NCBI GenBank assembly: GCA_964355655.1
Contig: CAYHDT010000007.1
Coordinates: 1-54,788, forward strand
Source: an uncultured Candidatus Saccharibacteria bacterium
Lineage (GTDB): Bacteria; Patescibacteriota; Minisyncoccia; Phycocordibacterales; SBAW01
DNA: 54,788 nucleotides
Direction of reading: 5' to 3'
Position 1 is the stretch's first letter. Each line of letters begins with the position of its first letter. The translations under genes were made by a program, and so were the position numbers. A model generated the notes under the pieces. It was given only the letters and a program-made list of their open reading frames with translations. It did not search any database and was not told where the DNA came from. Of this stretch, positions 35,778 to 45,140 are shown one piece after another.

Positions 35778-37326
35778 GGCAGGGCCTGCGTCAGCCAATA
35801 CAAGAGCGATAATTTACGCACGAGTATCTTCTGAAACTCAGGCTCGAGAGGGGCATGGGCTAGAAAGCCAAGAGCATCGCTGTAGGGATTTTGCCAAAGC
35901 TAAGGGGTATGAGGTAGAGGCTGTCTTCCGAGACAGCTTCACCGGTGGCGGCGACTTCTCTAAGAGGCCTGCGATGGCCGAAATGCTTGCGTACATCGAC
36001 AGCAAGCCCCATCGGGACTATGTTGTCATCTTCGACGACATATCTCGTCTGGCTCGTGATGTAGGTCAACATATAAAGTTGCGAGCAATCTTCCGTCTAC
36101 GCGAAATAACCCCTCTGTGTCTGAACTACAGTTTTGAAGACACTCCTGAGGGAGAGTTTGCGGAGGTTGTAATGGCGGGTAATGCAGAGCTATTCCGAAA
36201 ACAAAACAGAAGACAGGTGATCCAAAAGCAGAAGGCTCGTCTAGAGGCCGGCTACTGGCCATTTGGTCCTAGAACGGGCTATATGCACACCCGCGACCAC
36301 ACGCATGGAGTACTGGCGGTACCGACACCTCGAGCAAAGAAAACCCTTAAAGTCGCCCTTGAGATGTACGCCCTAGGTACTCTCCAAAGAAAAGTCGATG
36401 TATGTAGGTATCTTGTTGAAGTAGGTTTTTGGAAGAAACAAAAGCCAGAACGATACATCGATAAAATCAGCCGCATCATGGCGGATCCGTTCTATTGCGG
36501 CGATATTGCATACCCAGCATGGGAAGTGGAAAGGCGTAAAGGACACCATGAGGGAGTTATCTCTCGGGAAACTTTCGATCTTATTCAGCGGCGGCTAGAT
36601 AGGGGAGATGGAGCTCGCATCCGTATTGATACCTCGCCAGACTTTCCTTTGAGAGGATTGCTGGTGTGCCCCGAATGTAAAAAACCTCTGACGGCAGCGT
36701 GGTCAAAAGGTCGTACAAAAAGATACGGTTACTACTTCTGTCAGAACAAAGGCTGTGCTGTAAGCAAAAAGAGCACTACTAGGAGAGAGAAAGTGGAACT
36801 AGAATTTGCAGCACTGTTAAAGCGCAATCGTCTTCGTCCTGAATTTGAAAAAGTGGTTGAGGCCGCTTTCGAACATGCTTGGAAGCAAGAGGCTACTTAC
36901 GCAAAAGAGCGCGAGAAACTCTTTGTTGACGAAGCAAAGCAAGTAAAGGAGCGTATGAACAAGCTCTTGAACGCAACCCTTGCTGCTAAGAGTAGTGAAT
37001 TGAAACAAGTATATGAGGATCAGTTAGAGGGGGCTGCTAAGGAACTAAAGTCGCTTGAGGCTCTTAAACCTCTTACTGACGCAGAGTTGGCGGTGCCTTA
37101 TCAAACCGCGCTAGGCATGTCGATACAACTGCTCAAAAATCCTTATAGAGCTTGGAATAAACTGGATGTGTTCGAGAAGCACAAGCTCTTTTTCTTTGTT
37201 TTCTCTGAGAAATTGGCATATAGCAAAGTCGGCGGTTATCAAACCGCCGATTTAGCTTGCGTTACAAGACTCTTTACAGAGTTTGCGGCACAAAAACACC
37301 TAGTATGTGGAGATGCGGAGAATTGA
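35710..37326 (+). CDS. Large serine recombinase (integrase)
   Basis: IYARVSS, ISRLAR, recombinase domain, CPEC..YYFC..C zinc ribbon, coiled coil. Confidence 0.95.
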   Translation: MKNEILYRKPPKRQRGGRAISNEAGPASANTRAIIYARVSSETQAREGHGLESQEHRCRDFAKAKGYEVEAVFRDSFTGGGDFSKRPAMAEMLAYIDSKPHRDYVVIFDDISRLARDVGQHIKLRAIFRLREITPLCLNYSFEDTPEGEFAEVVMAGNAELFRKQNRRQVIQKQKARLEAGYWPFGPRTGYMHTRDHTHGVLAVPTPRAKKTLKVALEMYALGTLQRKVDVCRYLVEVGFWKKQKPERYIDKISRIMADPFYCGDIAYPAWEVERRKGHHEGVISRETFDLIQRRLDRGDGARIRIDTSPDFPLRGLLVCPECKKPLTAAWSKGRTKRYGYYFCQNKGCAVSKKSTTRREKVELEFAALLKRNRLRPEFEKVVEAAFEHAWKQEATYAKEREKLFVDEAKQVKERMNKLLNATLAAKSSELKQVYEDQLEGAAKELKSLEALKPLTDAELAVPYQTALGMSIQLLKNPYRAWNKLDVFEKHKLFFFVFSEKLAYSKVGGYQTADLACVTRLFTEFAAQKHLVCGDAEN

Positions 37327-37684
37327 ACTCCGGTGCAATGGATAACGGCGCAAGCTTCTACGATGCGTAGTTTGCTTTATGTCTTAGGCAAGATTCGTAT
37401 GAAACAAACCAAATCGAATCAAGCAGCAGCTTTGAGTTTTAAGTACACCGAGTAAGCGACCCAGTGCTCCCGAGTTTAGCTGTATAACACCCGAACCCCG
37501 CTCGCTAAACGAAGCAGGTAGGTGTCCTCTTAGGCCTTAGCGTAGGCGAAAGAGAAATCGTTCGCCGTGAAAAACGGCGACGTAACTGATTTTGCAGTTA
37601 TGAGTTGAAGCATTTTAGAGAAGATGCCTCACTTCTGCATCGCGCTTTGCGCGCGTCAGTCCATTGTCTAAGCCTGTCATCCCC
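37308..37684 (-). ncRNA. ssrA: tmRNA; tag frame 37595-37530 AKSVTSPFFTANDFSFAYAKA*
   Basis: Acceptor GGGGATG/CATCTCC-A with G3.U wobble; T-loop GGAGTTCAATTCTCC; ATAACT-GCA resume context; smpB nearby. Confidence 0.93.
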
Positions 37685-37816
37685 CTAAAACACCCGACGC
37701 TAACCGGTGTTTGAGACGGTGTACAGACTTTTGTGACGAGTGCTCAAATGTGGGGCGAAGTTTTGAGTTGGATTCAAGGTCCAAGTCAAAACTTCGCCGT
37801 TTGTGGTAGGCGGTTG

Positions 37817-38071
37817 TCAGGACATCCCATCGCCAAAGCGATGAGAGGGGTCCTCCCCGTCGGCAGAACCGAAGTGCGCCCGCGCCCGGTGACCATGGCC
37901 GGAAACGTCTCCCACTTTGATGCGGTGAGCATCCAAGGTTGAAAAACGTCTCAGGTGGTCATCGGGCCGTGCATGGCACTGCGATGCTCCGGCAGGTTTC
38001 CCCGTCAGCCTGCGCTTCCGGGGTTTACGCCAGGGGTACTCAGTAATTTCTCCATGATATCCTAGCGACAT
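37817..38071 (-). CDS. Hypothetical protein
   Basis: GGAGG SD before ATG 38071. Confidence 0.45.
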   Translation of the reverse strand: MSLGYHGEITEYPWRKPRKRRLTGKPAGASQCHARPDDHLRRFSTLDAHRIKVGDVSGHGHRARAHFGSADGEDPSHRFGDGMS

Positions 38072-38131
38072 CGTTTCCTCCACAACAAGTGGCAAAAAGC
38101 AATTATAGCCTCGCCACATTTCAGCACTCGT

Positions 38132-38575
38132 CTATTGATTTTTCAACGAACGGTCCATCTCGCGCTTGGTGTCGCGCTCCTTAAGTGTAGCGCGCTTGTC
38201 GTACTTTTTCTTGCCGCGGGCCACGCCCAAGGCAAGCTTTAAGTTCCTGCCTTTATTGTACACTCTAAGTGGCACTATTGTCAAGCCTTTTTGCCCCTCA
38301 TACTTCGACAAATCAAATATTTCCTTCTTAGTCAGGAGCAATTTGCGCGTACGGCCCGCATCATAACTCTCTGCGGTATTTCCCGGCTGATAGGGTGGGA
38401 TGCTGGCCCCCACCAAGTAGGCCTCGCCTCCTCTAACAATGACATGAGCGCCCTCTAACTTGCCCTGCCCGCCGCGCAGGCTCTTAACCTCGCCACCCAG
38501 CAACTCTAACCCCGCCTCATATTCCTCGAGGATTTCGTAGTTTAGGCGTGCCTTTTTGTGTTCCACCAGAGCCAT
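38132..38575 (-). CDS. smpB: SsrA-binding protein
   Basis: EAGLELLGGEVKSLR, RTRKLLL, GKKKYDKR. Confidence 0.98.
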   Translation of the reverse strand: MALVEHKKARLNYEILEEYEAGLELLGGEVKSLRGGQGKLEGAHVIVRGGEAYLVGASIPPYQPGNTAESYDAGRTRKLLLTKKEIFDLSKYEGQKGLTIVPLRVYNKGRNLKLALGVARGKKKYDKRATLKERDTKREMDRSLKNQ

Positions 38576-38697
38576 GCCGAGACTATAGCATTATTTTCTA
38601 TTAAAATACGGGGCGCTTCATTCACGAATCATATTTTCAGTGTTACGGTAAAAAACGGGTAAGTCCCCGCTAATGAAACTCATGTGAGGAGTGCGTA

Positions 38698-39192
38698 ATG
38701 ATACGTTCACGACTTCGGCGGGCAGTGCTCGCCGCCTGTTCTTTTACCATCATGCTCGTCGTTATGGTCATGGCACCTGCCATGGCATCGGCCCAATCGT
38801 CTTTAGACAGCCCGGATGGTGCGCCGTCGCAATCACTTGCCGTCTTTGGCGGCTCTTCAGTGGTGGCGGAAGCCCGACGCTATATCGGTACCAACCCGAC
38901 AGGTTGGAAGAGCCTTTGGTGCGGGAAGTTTATGGACATGGTGCTCAGGCGCACCGGACACAAACCCGGCAGCAACCTGGCCGGCGCTTACGCGCACTAC
39001 GGCACCCGCGTTTCCGGACCCGTCGTCGGCGCTATTGCCGTGATGGGCCGCCGGGGAGGAGGACATGTCGGCATCGTCAGCGGCATAGACGCCAACGGCA
39101 ACCAGATTATTATCTCGGGTAACTACAACCGTACTGTGGCCGAGGTACCCTACCCGCGCCGCCGCATCTACGCCTACGTCCTGCCGAAATGA
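38698..39192 (+). CDS. Secreted CHAP/NlpC-like (TIGR02594-type) cell-wall hydrolase
   Basis: Signal peptide; LWCGKF, GHVGIV, ISGN. Confidence 0.8.
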   Translation: MIRSRLRRAVLAACSFTIMLVVMVMAPAMASAQSSLDSPDGAPSQSLAVFGGSSVVAEARRYIGTNPTGWKSLWCGKFMDMVLRRTGHKPGSNLAGAYAHYGTRVSGPVVGAIAVMGRRGGGHVGIVSGIDANGNQIIISGNYNRTVAEVPYPRRRIYAYVLPK

Positions 39193-39273
39193 CGGCAGAC
39201 ATTCATGCCCCGCGCTTTGCGCGGGGCATTTTCTTTTGTTTAAATACAGGCGGAATGGTAGTATTGTTTACTA

Positions 39274-41238
39274 ATGGCGACTCCTCAAAAAAACCCGCAG
39301 CCAAAGAAGCCGCGTCGGCCGGGGATGCCTAATTTTCCGCAGATTCCCAATATGCCGACCGGCGACTCCTTCTGGGTCAACCTGGCGACCAGTATTTTGG
39401 TGCTTCTTTTGCTCGCCGCCACCTACAGCTACTTTACGGGCAGCGCGGCGGACAAACCGGCTGACGTGGCGCTCTCGCAGGTGGCGGCTGACATCAACGC
39501 CGGGTTGGTAAAAAATATCGAGGTTGACGGCAATAATCTCAAAGTAGTTTACGCCGACAAGACGGAAAAGAAGTCCAAGAAAGAGCCGGAGTCGGCGCTT
39601 TCGGAGAGCCTTAAAAATTACGGCGTTACCACCGAAGCACTTACCAAAACCTCTATCGACATCAAGCGCGAGGGAGGCTTCCAATTTTGGCTGATCGCGC
39701 TAGCTCCTTTCTTCGCGCCGATACTGCTGCTCGCGTTCTTCGTCTGGTATCTTTCCCGACAGGTAAAAGGCGCGGGTATGCAGGCGTTTTCCTTCGGGCA
39801 GTCCAAGCCGCGGATTACCGACCCGAACGACGAAAAATCGCGCGTGACCTTTAAAGACGTGGCAGGCGCCAAAGAGGCCAAGCAAGAGCTGCTCGAAATC
39901 GTCGACTTTTTAAAGAATCCGAAAAAATTCCTCGACATAGGCGCGCGCATCCCTAAAGGCATTCTGCTTATGGGCGCGCCGGGTACCGGCAAGACGTTGC
40001 TGGCCAGAGCGGTGGCCGGCGAGGCGGGGGTGCCCTTTTTCTCTATCTCGGGCTCGGAGTTTGTCGAGATGTTTGTCGGGGTGGGCGCCAGCCGCGTGCG
40101 CGACCTCTTTTTGATGGCTAAAAAAGCGTCCCCGTCGATTATCTTTGTTGACGAGATAGACGCCGTCGGCCGCGTGCGCGGCACGGGAGTAGGGGGCGGC
40201 AACGATGAGCGCGAGCAAACACTCAACCAGATACTTGTCGAGATGGACGGCTTTGAGCCGAACGAAAAAGTGATAGTCATGGCGGCCACCAACCGCCCCG
40301 ATGTGCTGGACCCGGCGCTTTTGCGTCCGGGCCGCTTTGACCGCCGGGTCACTATCGACTTGCCCGACCGCCAAGACCGCAGAGAGATACTTAAAATCCA
40401 CGCGCGCAAAAAGCCGCTCGCTGAAGACGTAAACCTCGAAGTTGTTGCCGAGCGTACGCCCGGATTCTCCGGCGCGGACCTCTTTAGCTTAATGAACGAG
40501 GGCGCCATACTTGCCGCGCGGGAAAACCGCAAGACGGTCGCCCAGTACGACCTTATACGCTCGATAGAAAAAGTGATGCTCGGTCCCGAGCGTAAGTCGC
40601 ACGTGCTTAATAAGAAGGAAAAGGAGATAACTGCCTATCACGAGGCCGGCCACGCGCTGGTCGCGAGTGTGCTGCCGTACGCCGACCCGGTGCACAAAAT
40701 TTCCATCATTTCCCGCGGGCGCGCCGCCGGCTACACGCTCAAGCTCCCGTTTGAGGACAAGAAGATGCAAAGCAAGAAAGAATTTCTCGATGACATCGCT
40801 ATGAGCCTCGGCGGCTATGTGGCGGAGAAAACGGTCTTTGGCGATATTACGACGGGCCCGAGCAACGACCTGCAAGTGCTGACCGCGCTGGCGCGCACCA
40901 TGGTGACCCGCTACGGCATGAGCGACAAGATGGGCACAGTGGCGCTTGAGGGCGACGGCGGCCGGGCGCTCTTTGGCGGCGGCATCGACGGCAAAGCCTA
41001 CTCCGAAAAGATTTCCGCCGAAATAGACGCGGAGGTAAAGAAAATAATCGGCGAGGCGTATACGAAGGCCGAAACAATAATCAAAGAGCATCGCAAGCTC
41101 CTCAATGCCATTGCCAAGCGACTGGTGGAGACAGAGACCATGGAGCGCGAGGAGTTTGAGCAGATACTCATTGCCCACGGCATTACTCCGAAGAAAAAAG
41201 AGGACATCCTCGTCGAGCCGCAAGTCGTAAACTTCTAG
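39274..41238 (+). CDS. ftsH: ATP-dependent zinc metalloprotease FtsH
   Basis: 2 [29 protein letters not shown]. Confidence 0.99.
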   Translation: MATPQKNPQPKKPRRPGMPNFPQIPNMPTGDSFWVNLATSILVLLLLAATYSYFTGSAADKPADVALSQVAADINAGLVKNIEVDGNNLKVVYADKTEKKSKKEPESALSESLKNYGVTTEALTKTSIDIKREGGFQFWLIALAPFFAPILLLAFFVWYLSRQVKGAGMQAFSFGQSKPRITDPNDEKSRVTFKDVAGAKEAKQELLEIVDFLKNPKKFLDIGARIPKGILLMGAPGTGKTLLARAVAGEAGVPFFSISGSEFVEMFVGVGASRVRDLFLMAKKASPSIIFVDEIDAVGRVRGTGVGGGNDEREQTLNQILVEMDGFEPNEKVIVMAATNRPDVLDPALLRPGRFDRRVTIDLPDRQDRREILKIHARKKPLAEDVNLEVVAERTPGFSGADLFSLMNEGAILAARENRKTVAQYDLIRSIEKVMLGPERKSHVLNKKEKEITAYHEAGHALVASVLPYADPVHKISIISRGRAAGYTLKLPFEDKKMQSKKEFLDDIAMSLGGYVAEKTVFGDITTGPSNDLQVLTALARTMVTRYGMSDKMGTVALEGDGGRALFGGGIDGKAYSEKISAEIDAEVKKIIGEAYTKAETIIKEHRKLLNAIAKRLVETETMEREEFEQILIAHGITPKKKEDILVEPQVVNF

Positions 41239-41269
41239 TCCCGACGCTACGGTCGGGATTGCCGGATAA

Positions 41270-41296
41270 ATCCAGCACCAACAGTTGGTGCTGGAT
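41270..41296. repeat. 27-bp palindrome, copy 2
   Basis: ATCCAGCACCAAC-A-GTTGGTGCTGGAT. Confidence 0.9.
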
Positions 41297-41342
41297 AAAA
41301 AACCTCCCGCGGGTGCGGGAGGGGATAGTTTATACGTCTTGA

Positions 41343-41576
41343 TCAGGGTCCGACGTACGGGTGGTGGTAGGTGCTGTTCCATTTTTGGCGCAGTAATCCA
41401 AGCAGGATATAGCCCAGCGCCACCAGGATCATGATGCAGAAGGCCCCCAGTCCAAGGAAAAAGGGCGGATTCTGGGTCGTGTCGAGATAGAAAAAAATCC
41501 CCGCAAGGCCCAAGAGCGTCACTATGCTGATCGGCAACCAAGCGTCTATTTTGACCTCCGACGTGATTTCGGCCAT
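41343..41576 (-). CDS. Small 2-TM membrane protein
   Basis: GGGAG SD; flanked by the duplicated terminator AAAAAACCTCCCGCGGGTGCGGGAGGGGA (about 41297 and 41635). Confidence 0.6.
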   Translation of the reverse strand: MAEITSEVKIDAWLPISIVTLLGLAGIFFYLDTTQNPPFFLGLGAFCIMILVALGYILLGLLRQKWNSTYHHPYVGP

Positions 41577-41668
41577 GTAGTTTCTCCCTAGTTGAAACTG
41601 CGTCTGCCGAAACCATATCACGCCTTTTATAAATAAAAAACCTCCCGCGGGTGCGGGAGGGGAATCGG

Positions 41669-42895
41669 TTAGGCAATCACTCGTTCGGCAGGCACATACT
41701 TACGTTTCATCCCTGCCATTGCGAGCCGGGCCCGCATTTCGCCGCGAGGGGTCTGGCGGACGAAGTACTCGTCCACAATCCAATCCTTGCGGACGAACTT
41801 TTTGAGCGTCTTGGGATAATCAAGCCCATATGCTTCCCGCGCGTTGATCGACATAAAATCGTTCAAACGGTCAAGATTGCCCGTCTCGGCGAAACGCTCG
41901 ATAACGTACGAGACGTTGGCCGCCGGCGACTGCGTTTGCCCGCCGATGACGAACCCGTGGTTGTTTATCTTGACTCCGCCAGGCTGGGTCGGGTCATCCC
42001 ACCAACACGCGTCGTCGCAGCCGTAGATCCAATACGGTTCATCCGACAACATCGCCGAGTCGACCGCCTGTCGGCTCTCCTCCGTCTTGAAGATGGGTAG
42101 GCAGAACTTGTCGGCGGCGAACATAGTGCCGCCGTCCGGTGCTTCGACGAGATCGTCGCACGACCACAGGCTATAGTGAGGGCAGACTTCGCCCCACACG
42201 TTGTAGCCCTTTGAACGCAGGTAGCGAATCACGTCAATCGTGTAGCTATCGGTGACGTGGCAGACCACGATCTTTGCATCCGGCACCTCAAGAAAGAGCC
42301 GCGAGAGGTCCCGTTCGACTGAGGCCCGCTCGCGGTGGAGAAAATAGATCCTCCGCCCGAACAAGTCGTACTTGCGCTCCATGTGGACAGCCAGGGTCAT
42401 CGGCTCGCGGCGATGGCTGAACTTGGTGTAAGTCATCGCCTTAAGCACCGGGATCATTGTGGAGATGTCGTTGACGTCCGCACCGTGCGCATTGCTGGCG
42501 GCGCGGACGAACATCTTCATGTAGTCCCACGCCGCTTTGCCTTCGGGCTGGTCGTAGCCAGAGACAACGTCGGCCGGATCGGTACCTTCGGTCATGAGGC
42601 CTCCCACGCGGATTTTCGTGCTGCTGTCGGCGGGCAACAACGCTCGCCATTGCGCACCCTTGCGATAGGCGAGCTCGCTGGTTGTGAGCGGGGGTTTGGT
42701 ATTTCCCATGCACATGAGCGTTTCGTAGACTTCGGCGGCGCGGGGGATAAGCATCTCGGCGCGACCGTCACCTTCGGCGTCGGTGTCCCGCGGATGGAAG
42801 TGCGTGTTGACGATGTTGGGGGTATCGACCGTTTCCGGGTAGGAGACGCTCAACTCTACGGCTTTCAATGTGGGAAACAACTCCTGTATCTGCAT
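41669..42895 (-). CDS. pyrC: Dihydroorotase, divergent
   Basis: HFHPRD, MGNTKPP, EVCPHY, FCLPIFK, GCDDA. Confidence 0.8.
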   Translation of the reverse strand: MQIQELFPTLKAVELSVSYPETVDTPNIVNTHFHPRDTDAEGDGRAEMLIPRAAEVYETLMCMGNTKPPLTTSELAYRKGAQWRALLPADSSTKIRVGGLMTEGTDPADVVSGYDQPEGKAAWDYMKMFVRAASNAHGADVNDISTMIPVLKAMTYTKFSHRREPMTLAVHMERKYDLFGRRIYFLHRERASVERDLSRLFLEVPDAKIVVCHVTDSYTIDVIRYLRSKGYNVWGEVCPHYSLWSCDDLVEAPDGGTMFAADKFCLPIFKTEESRQAVDSAMLSDEPYWIYGCDDACWWDDPTQPGGVKINNHGFVIGGQTQSPAANVSYVIERFAETGNLDRLNDFMSINAREAYGLDYPKTLKKFVRKDWIVDEYFVRQTPRGEMRARLAMAGMKRKYVPAERVIA

Positions 42896-42992
42896 GTCGT
42901 GCCTCGCTCTGGTTAGAACTGGTAGTCTGCTCGGCACTGTAACAAAGGGTCAGAAAAAAGAAAAGGCCGCTCCCGAGGAAGCGGCTTACTTA

Positions 42993-43928
42993 TCAGACAG
43001 CATCGGGAAGTTCGAGAAGCCCCAAGTTAAGATCGCGGATGAAGTTTGGATCCTCGTTGGCTTCGCGGAAGGCGCTATTGATTTGTACCATCGTGGCGCC
43101 CGCCTTGAACATCTGAGAAGTTTTTTCAATGTTGTTGACTCCGCCGGCCCCAAGTACAACTTTACCGGCAGGCATACCCTCCGCCATGAACTGGGTATGG
43201 TCCAGTGCGATGGGGAAGATAGCCGGGCCGGCTAGGCCGCCGCGATCAATCCCGTTCGCGGTTTTGATTACCGTGGCGCCAGTCCCGATATAACCGAGTC
43301 CGTTCGGGATAGTGTTGCCAGTAATCGCGCCGGTAAAGACACGCGATGCGCGAACCCGGTCACGGTTATGCGAGAGTGCCGGCCGGCGCATGGCACACGA
43401 GACTTTCCACAAGACCACGGCGTCGATGTCGCCAATTTCGCGGTCTGCCCGGTCGAAGACTTCATCCACTGCGAATGGGTCGTCGCAGAGAATCGGTTGG
43501 TCCTTCTTGTTTGGACAGGCACCGTTGACCGTGATGACCTTAATGCCGGCCTGCACAGCCCGTTTCAGGAGGGAAAGCGTGTCTTCGACGCCATTGCCGG
43601 ATACATTAAGCCAGAACGGCTTGCCGTAGTCGGCATGGGTTTTAATCAGCTCGCTCGCATGTTCCTCGACATAGTCCATACCACGGTTCAACAAACCGAT
43701 CGAGTTGTAGGTGCAGACGAGCGCCCCATTGTCATAGACAGCAAAATAATCGCGTCCTCCGTTGCCGGCAAGTGCCGGAGTCGTGGCTGAGCCGAACTCG
43801 GCCAGGACATCTGCCTTCGCAAACTTTATAGACTGCTCGACAGTCTTGACCACCCCGCCGGCAACCATAACAGGATAAGGGAAGGTGATTCCTTTGACCG
43901 TACGCTGCAATGATGCAACTTCTCTCAC
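42993..43928 (-). CDS. pyrD: Dihydroorotate dehydrogenase, class 1, divergent
   Basis: NSIGLLN, NGACPN, GNT, GGLAG, GAGGV. Confidence 0.85.
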   Translation of the reverse strand: MREVASLQRTVKGITFPYPVMVAGGVVKTVEQSIKFAKADVLAEFGSATTPALAGNGGRDYFAVYDNGALVCTYNSIGLLNRGMDYVEEHASELIKTHADYGKPFWLNVSGNGVEDTLSLLKRAVQAGIKVITVNGACPNKKDQPILCDDPFAVDEVFDRADREIGDIDAVVLWKVSCAMRRPALSHNRDRVRASRVFTGAITGNTIPNGLGYIGTGATVIKTANGIDRGGLAGPAIFPIALDHTQFMAEGMPAGKVVLGAGGVNNIEKTSQMFKAGATMVQINSAFREANEDPNFIRDLNLGLLELPDAV

Positions 43929-44019
43929 GAGTCGTACTCCTCTGATTGAAAAGAATTTCTGTGCCGAACAATAGCACGGAGCTACAAAAAGAAAAACCCC
44001 GCGGTAGGCGGGGTTGGAA

Positions 44020-44928
44020 TCAGCGGAGAATCTCCTGTAGCAGAGCCATGCGGATAAGCCGGCCGTAGTACATCTGGTCGAGATATTTCTGCTGGGGCAG
44101 TGCGTCGATCTCGCGAGAGAGCTCCTGGTTGCGGGGGAGGGGGTGCAGGATGATGGCGCCCTTTTTCATCCGCTCGGCCACCCTGCGGTCGATGACATAG
44201 GGTGCCAGTCCGGCATGCGCATTCGGATCGGTTGTGTACTCTTTTTGCGCGCGCGTCTGGTACACCACATCAACCTGGCCGATAATCCGGTCGAGGTCGG
44301 CCGTCTCTTCCACCTGCACGCCGCTTTCGTGGAGATAGTGCAACAGGTCGCCTTTGATGCGCAGATGCTCGGGCGACACCAAGTAGAGCTTAACTCCCCG
44401 GTACTTGGTAAGCAGATACGCCAGCGAGTTGGTGGTGCGGCCGAACTTTAAGTCGCCGACGAGCGCGATACTTAAATCATCGATATCTTTGTGCGCCCGA
44501 TGGATGGTGTATACGTCGAGCAGGGCCTGCGTAGGATGCTGTTCCTTGCCGGACCCGCCGTTGATGATAGGTACCGGTGAGAGCAGTGCCACCCGAAATA
44601 TGGCGTCTTCGTCCGGATGCCGCAGCACAATGACATCCGCGCCAATTTTTGCAAGCGAGAGTACCGTGTCCTCGATAGTTTCGCCTTTTTCCTGCGATGA
44701 GTCGGAGCTGGAAACGGCGTGCGCGGTGCCGCCGAGCCGCTCCCATCCGATGCAGAAAGAAAGCCGCGTGCGGGTGCTGGGCTGGCAGGCATAAAACACG
44801 AGCGTCTTGCCCTTTGCACAGTCGCTGCCTTTTTGCTCGAGCATGTTCGCCGAGTCAAAAAGGTCGTCGATGCGCCGGCGGTCAAAGTCCTGCGCCCGCA
44901 GGACATGCGGGATTTTTTTTGCCGGCAT
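44020..44928 (-). CDS. pyrB: Aspartate carbamoyltransferase catalytic subunit
   Basis: PSTRTRLSF, HPTQALLD, GDLKFGRT, HPLPR. Confidence 0.95.
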   Translation of the reverse strand: MPAKKIPHVLRAQDFDRRRIDDLFDSANMLEQKGSDCAKGKTLVFYACQPSTRTRLSFCIGWERLGGTAHAVSSSDSSQEKGETIEDTVLSLAKIGADVIVLRHPDEDAIFRVALLSPVPIINGGSGKEQHPTQALLDVYTIHRAHKDIDDLSIALVGDLKFGRTTNSLAYLLTKYRGVKLYLVSPEHLRIKGDLLHYLHESGVQVEETADLDRIIGQVDVVYQTRAQKEYTTDPNAHAGLAPYVIDRRVAERMKKGAIILHPLPRNQELSREIDALPQQKYLDQMYYGRLIRMALLQEILR

Positions 44929-45004
44929 GAGTCGCCTCCGTGTGAGAAAGAAGTCTTGCGGAACAGTAGCACAACGGGGAAGTTTCGGGTAGAGTTTAGC
45001 TCAT

Positions 45005-45080
45005 GGGCGTGTAGCTCAGTTGGTAGAGCAGTCGACTTATACTCGACCGGTCCCTGGTTCGAGCCCAGGCGCGCCCACCA
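45005..45080 (+). tRNA. tRNA-Ile(UAU)
   Basis: Full cloverleaf; anticodon arm GTCGA-CTTATAC-TCGAC (TAT 45038-45040); GGTTCGA; ends ACCA. Confidence 0.93.
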
Positions 45081-45101
45081 CAATTGTAGAAGATAAGGTG
45101 C

Positions 45102-45137
45102 GTATGAATTACTGTCCTATAGGATTTTTATTCATAC
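45102..45137. repeat. 36-bp imperfect palindrome, solo copy C
   Basis: GTATGAATTACTGTCCTATAGGATTTTTATTCATAC between tRNA-Ile and the recG stop. Confidence 0.9.
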
Positions 45138-45140
45138 GAG

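Larger units (their letters stand above)
28146..37314. mobile_element. Tandem genomic islands at the tmRNA 3' end (outer 28146-31442, inner 31443-37314)
   Basis: TGTGGA(GAT) cores at 28146, 31443 and 37306; serine recombinase abuts ssrA; AT-richer defence cargo. Confidence 0.8.

Noticed and set aside
28146-37314. Prophage
   Set aside because: No capsid, terminase, portal, tail or replication genes
37754-37798. 45-bp hairpin between ssrA and the upstream ORF as a novel element
   Set aside because: Single copy; adequately explained as a terminator or isolated palindrome
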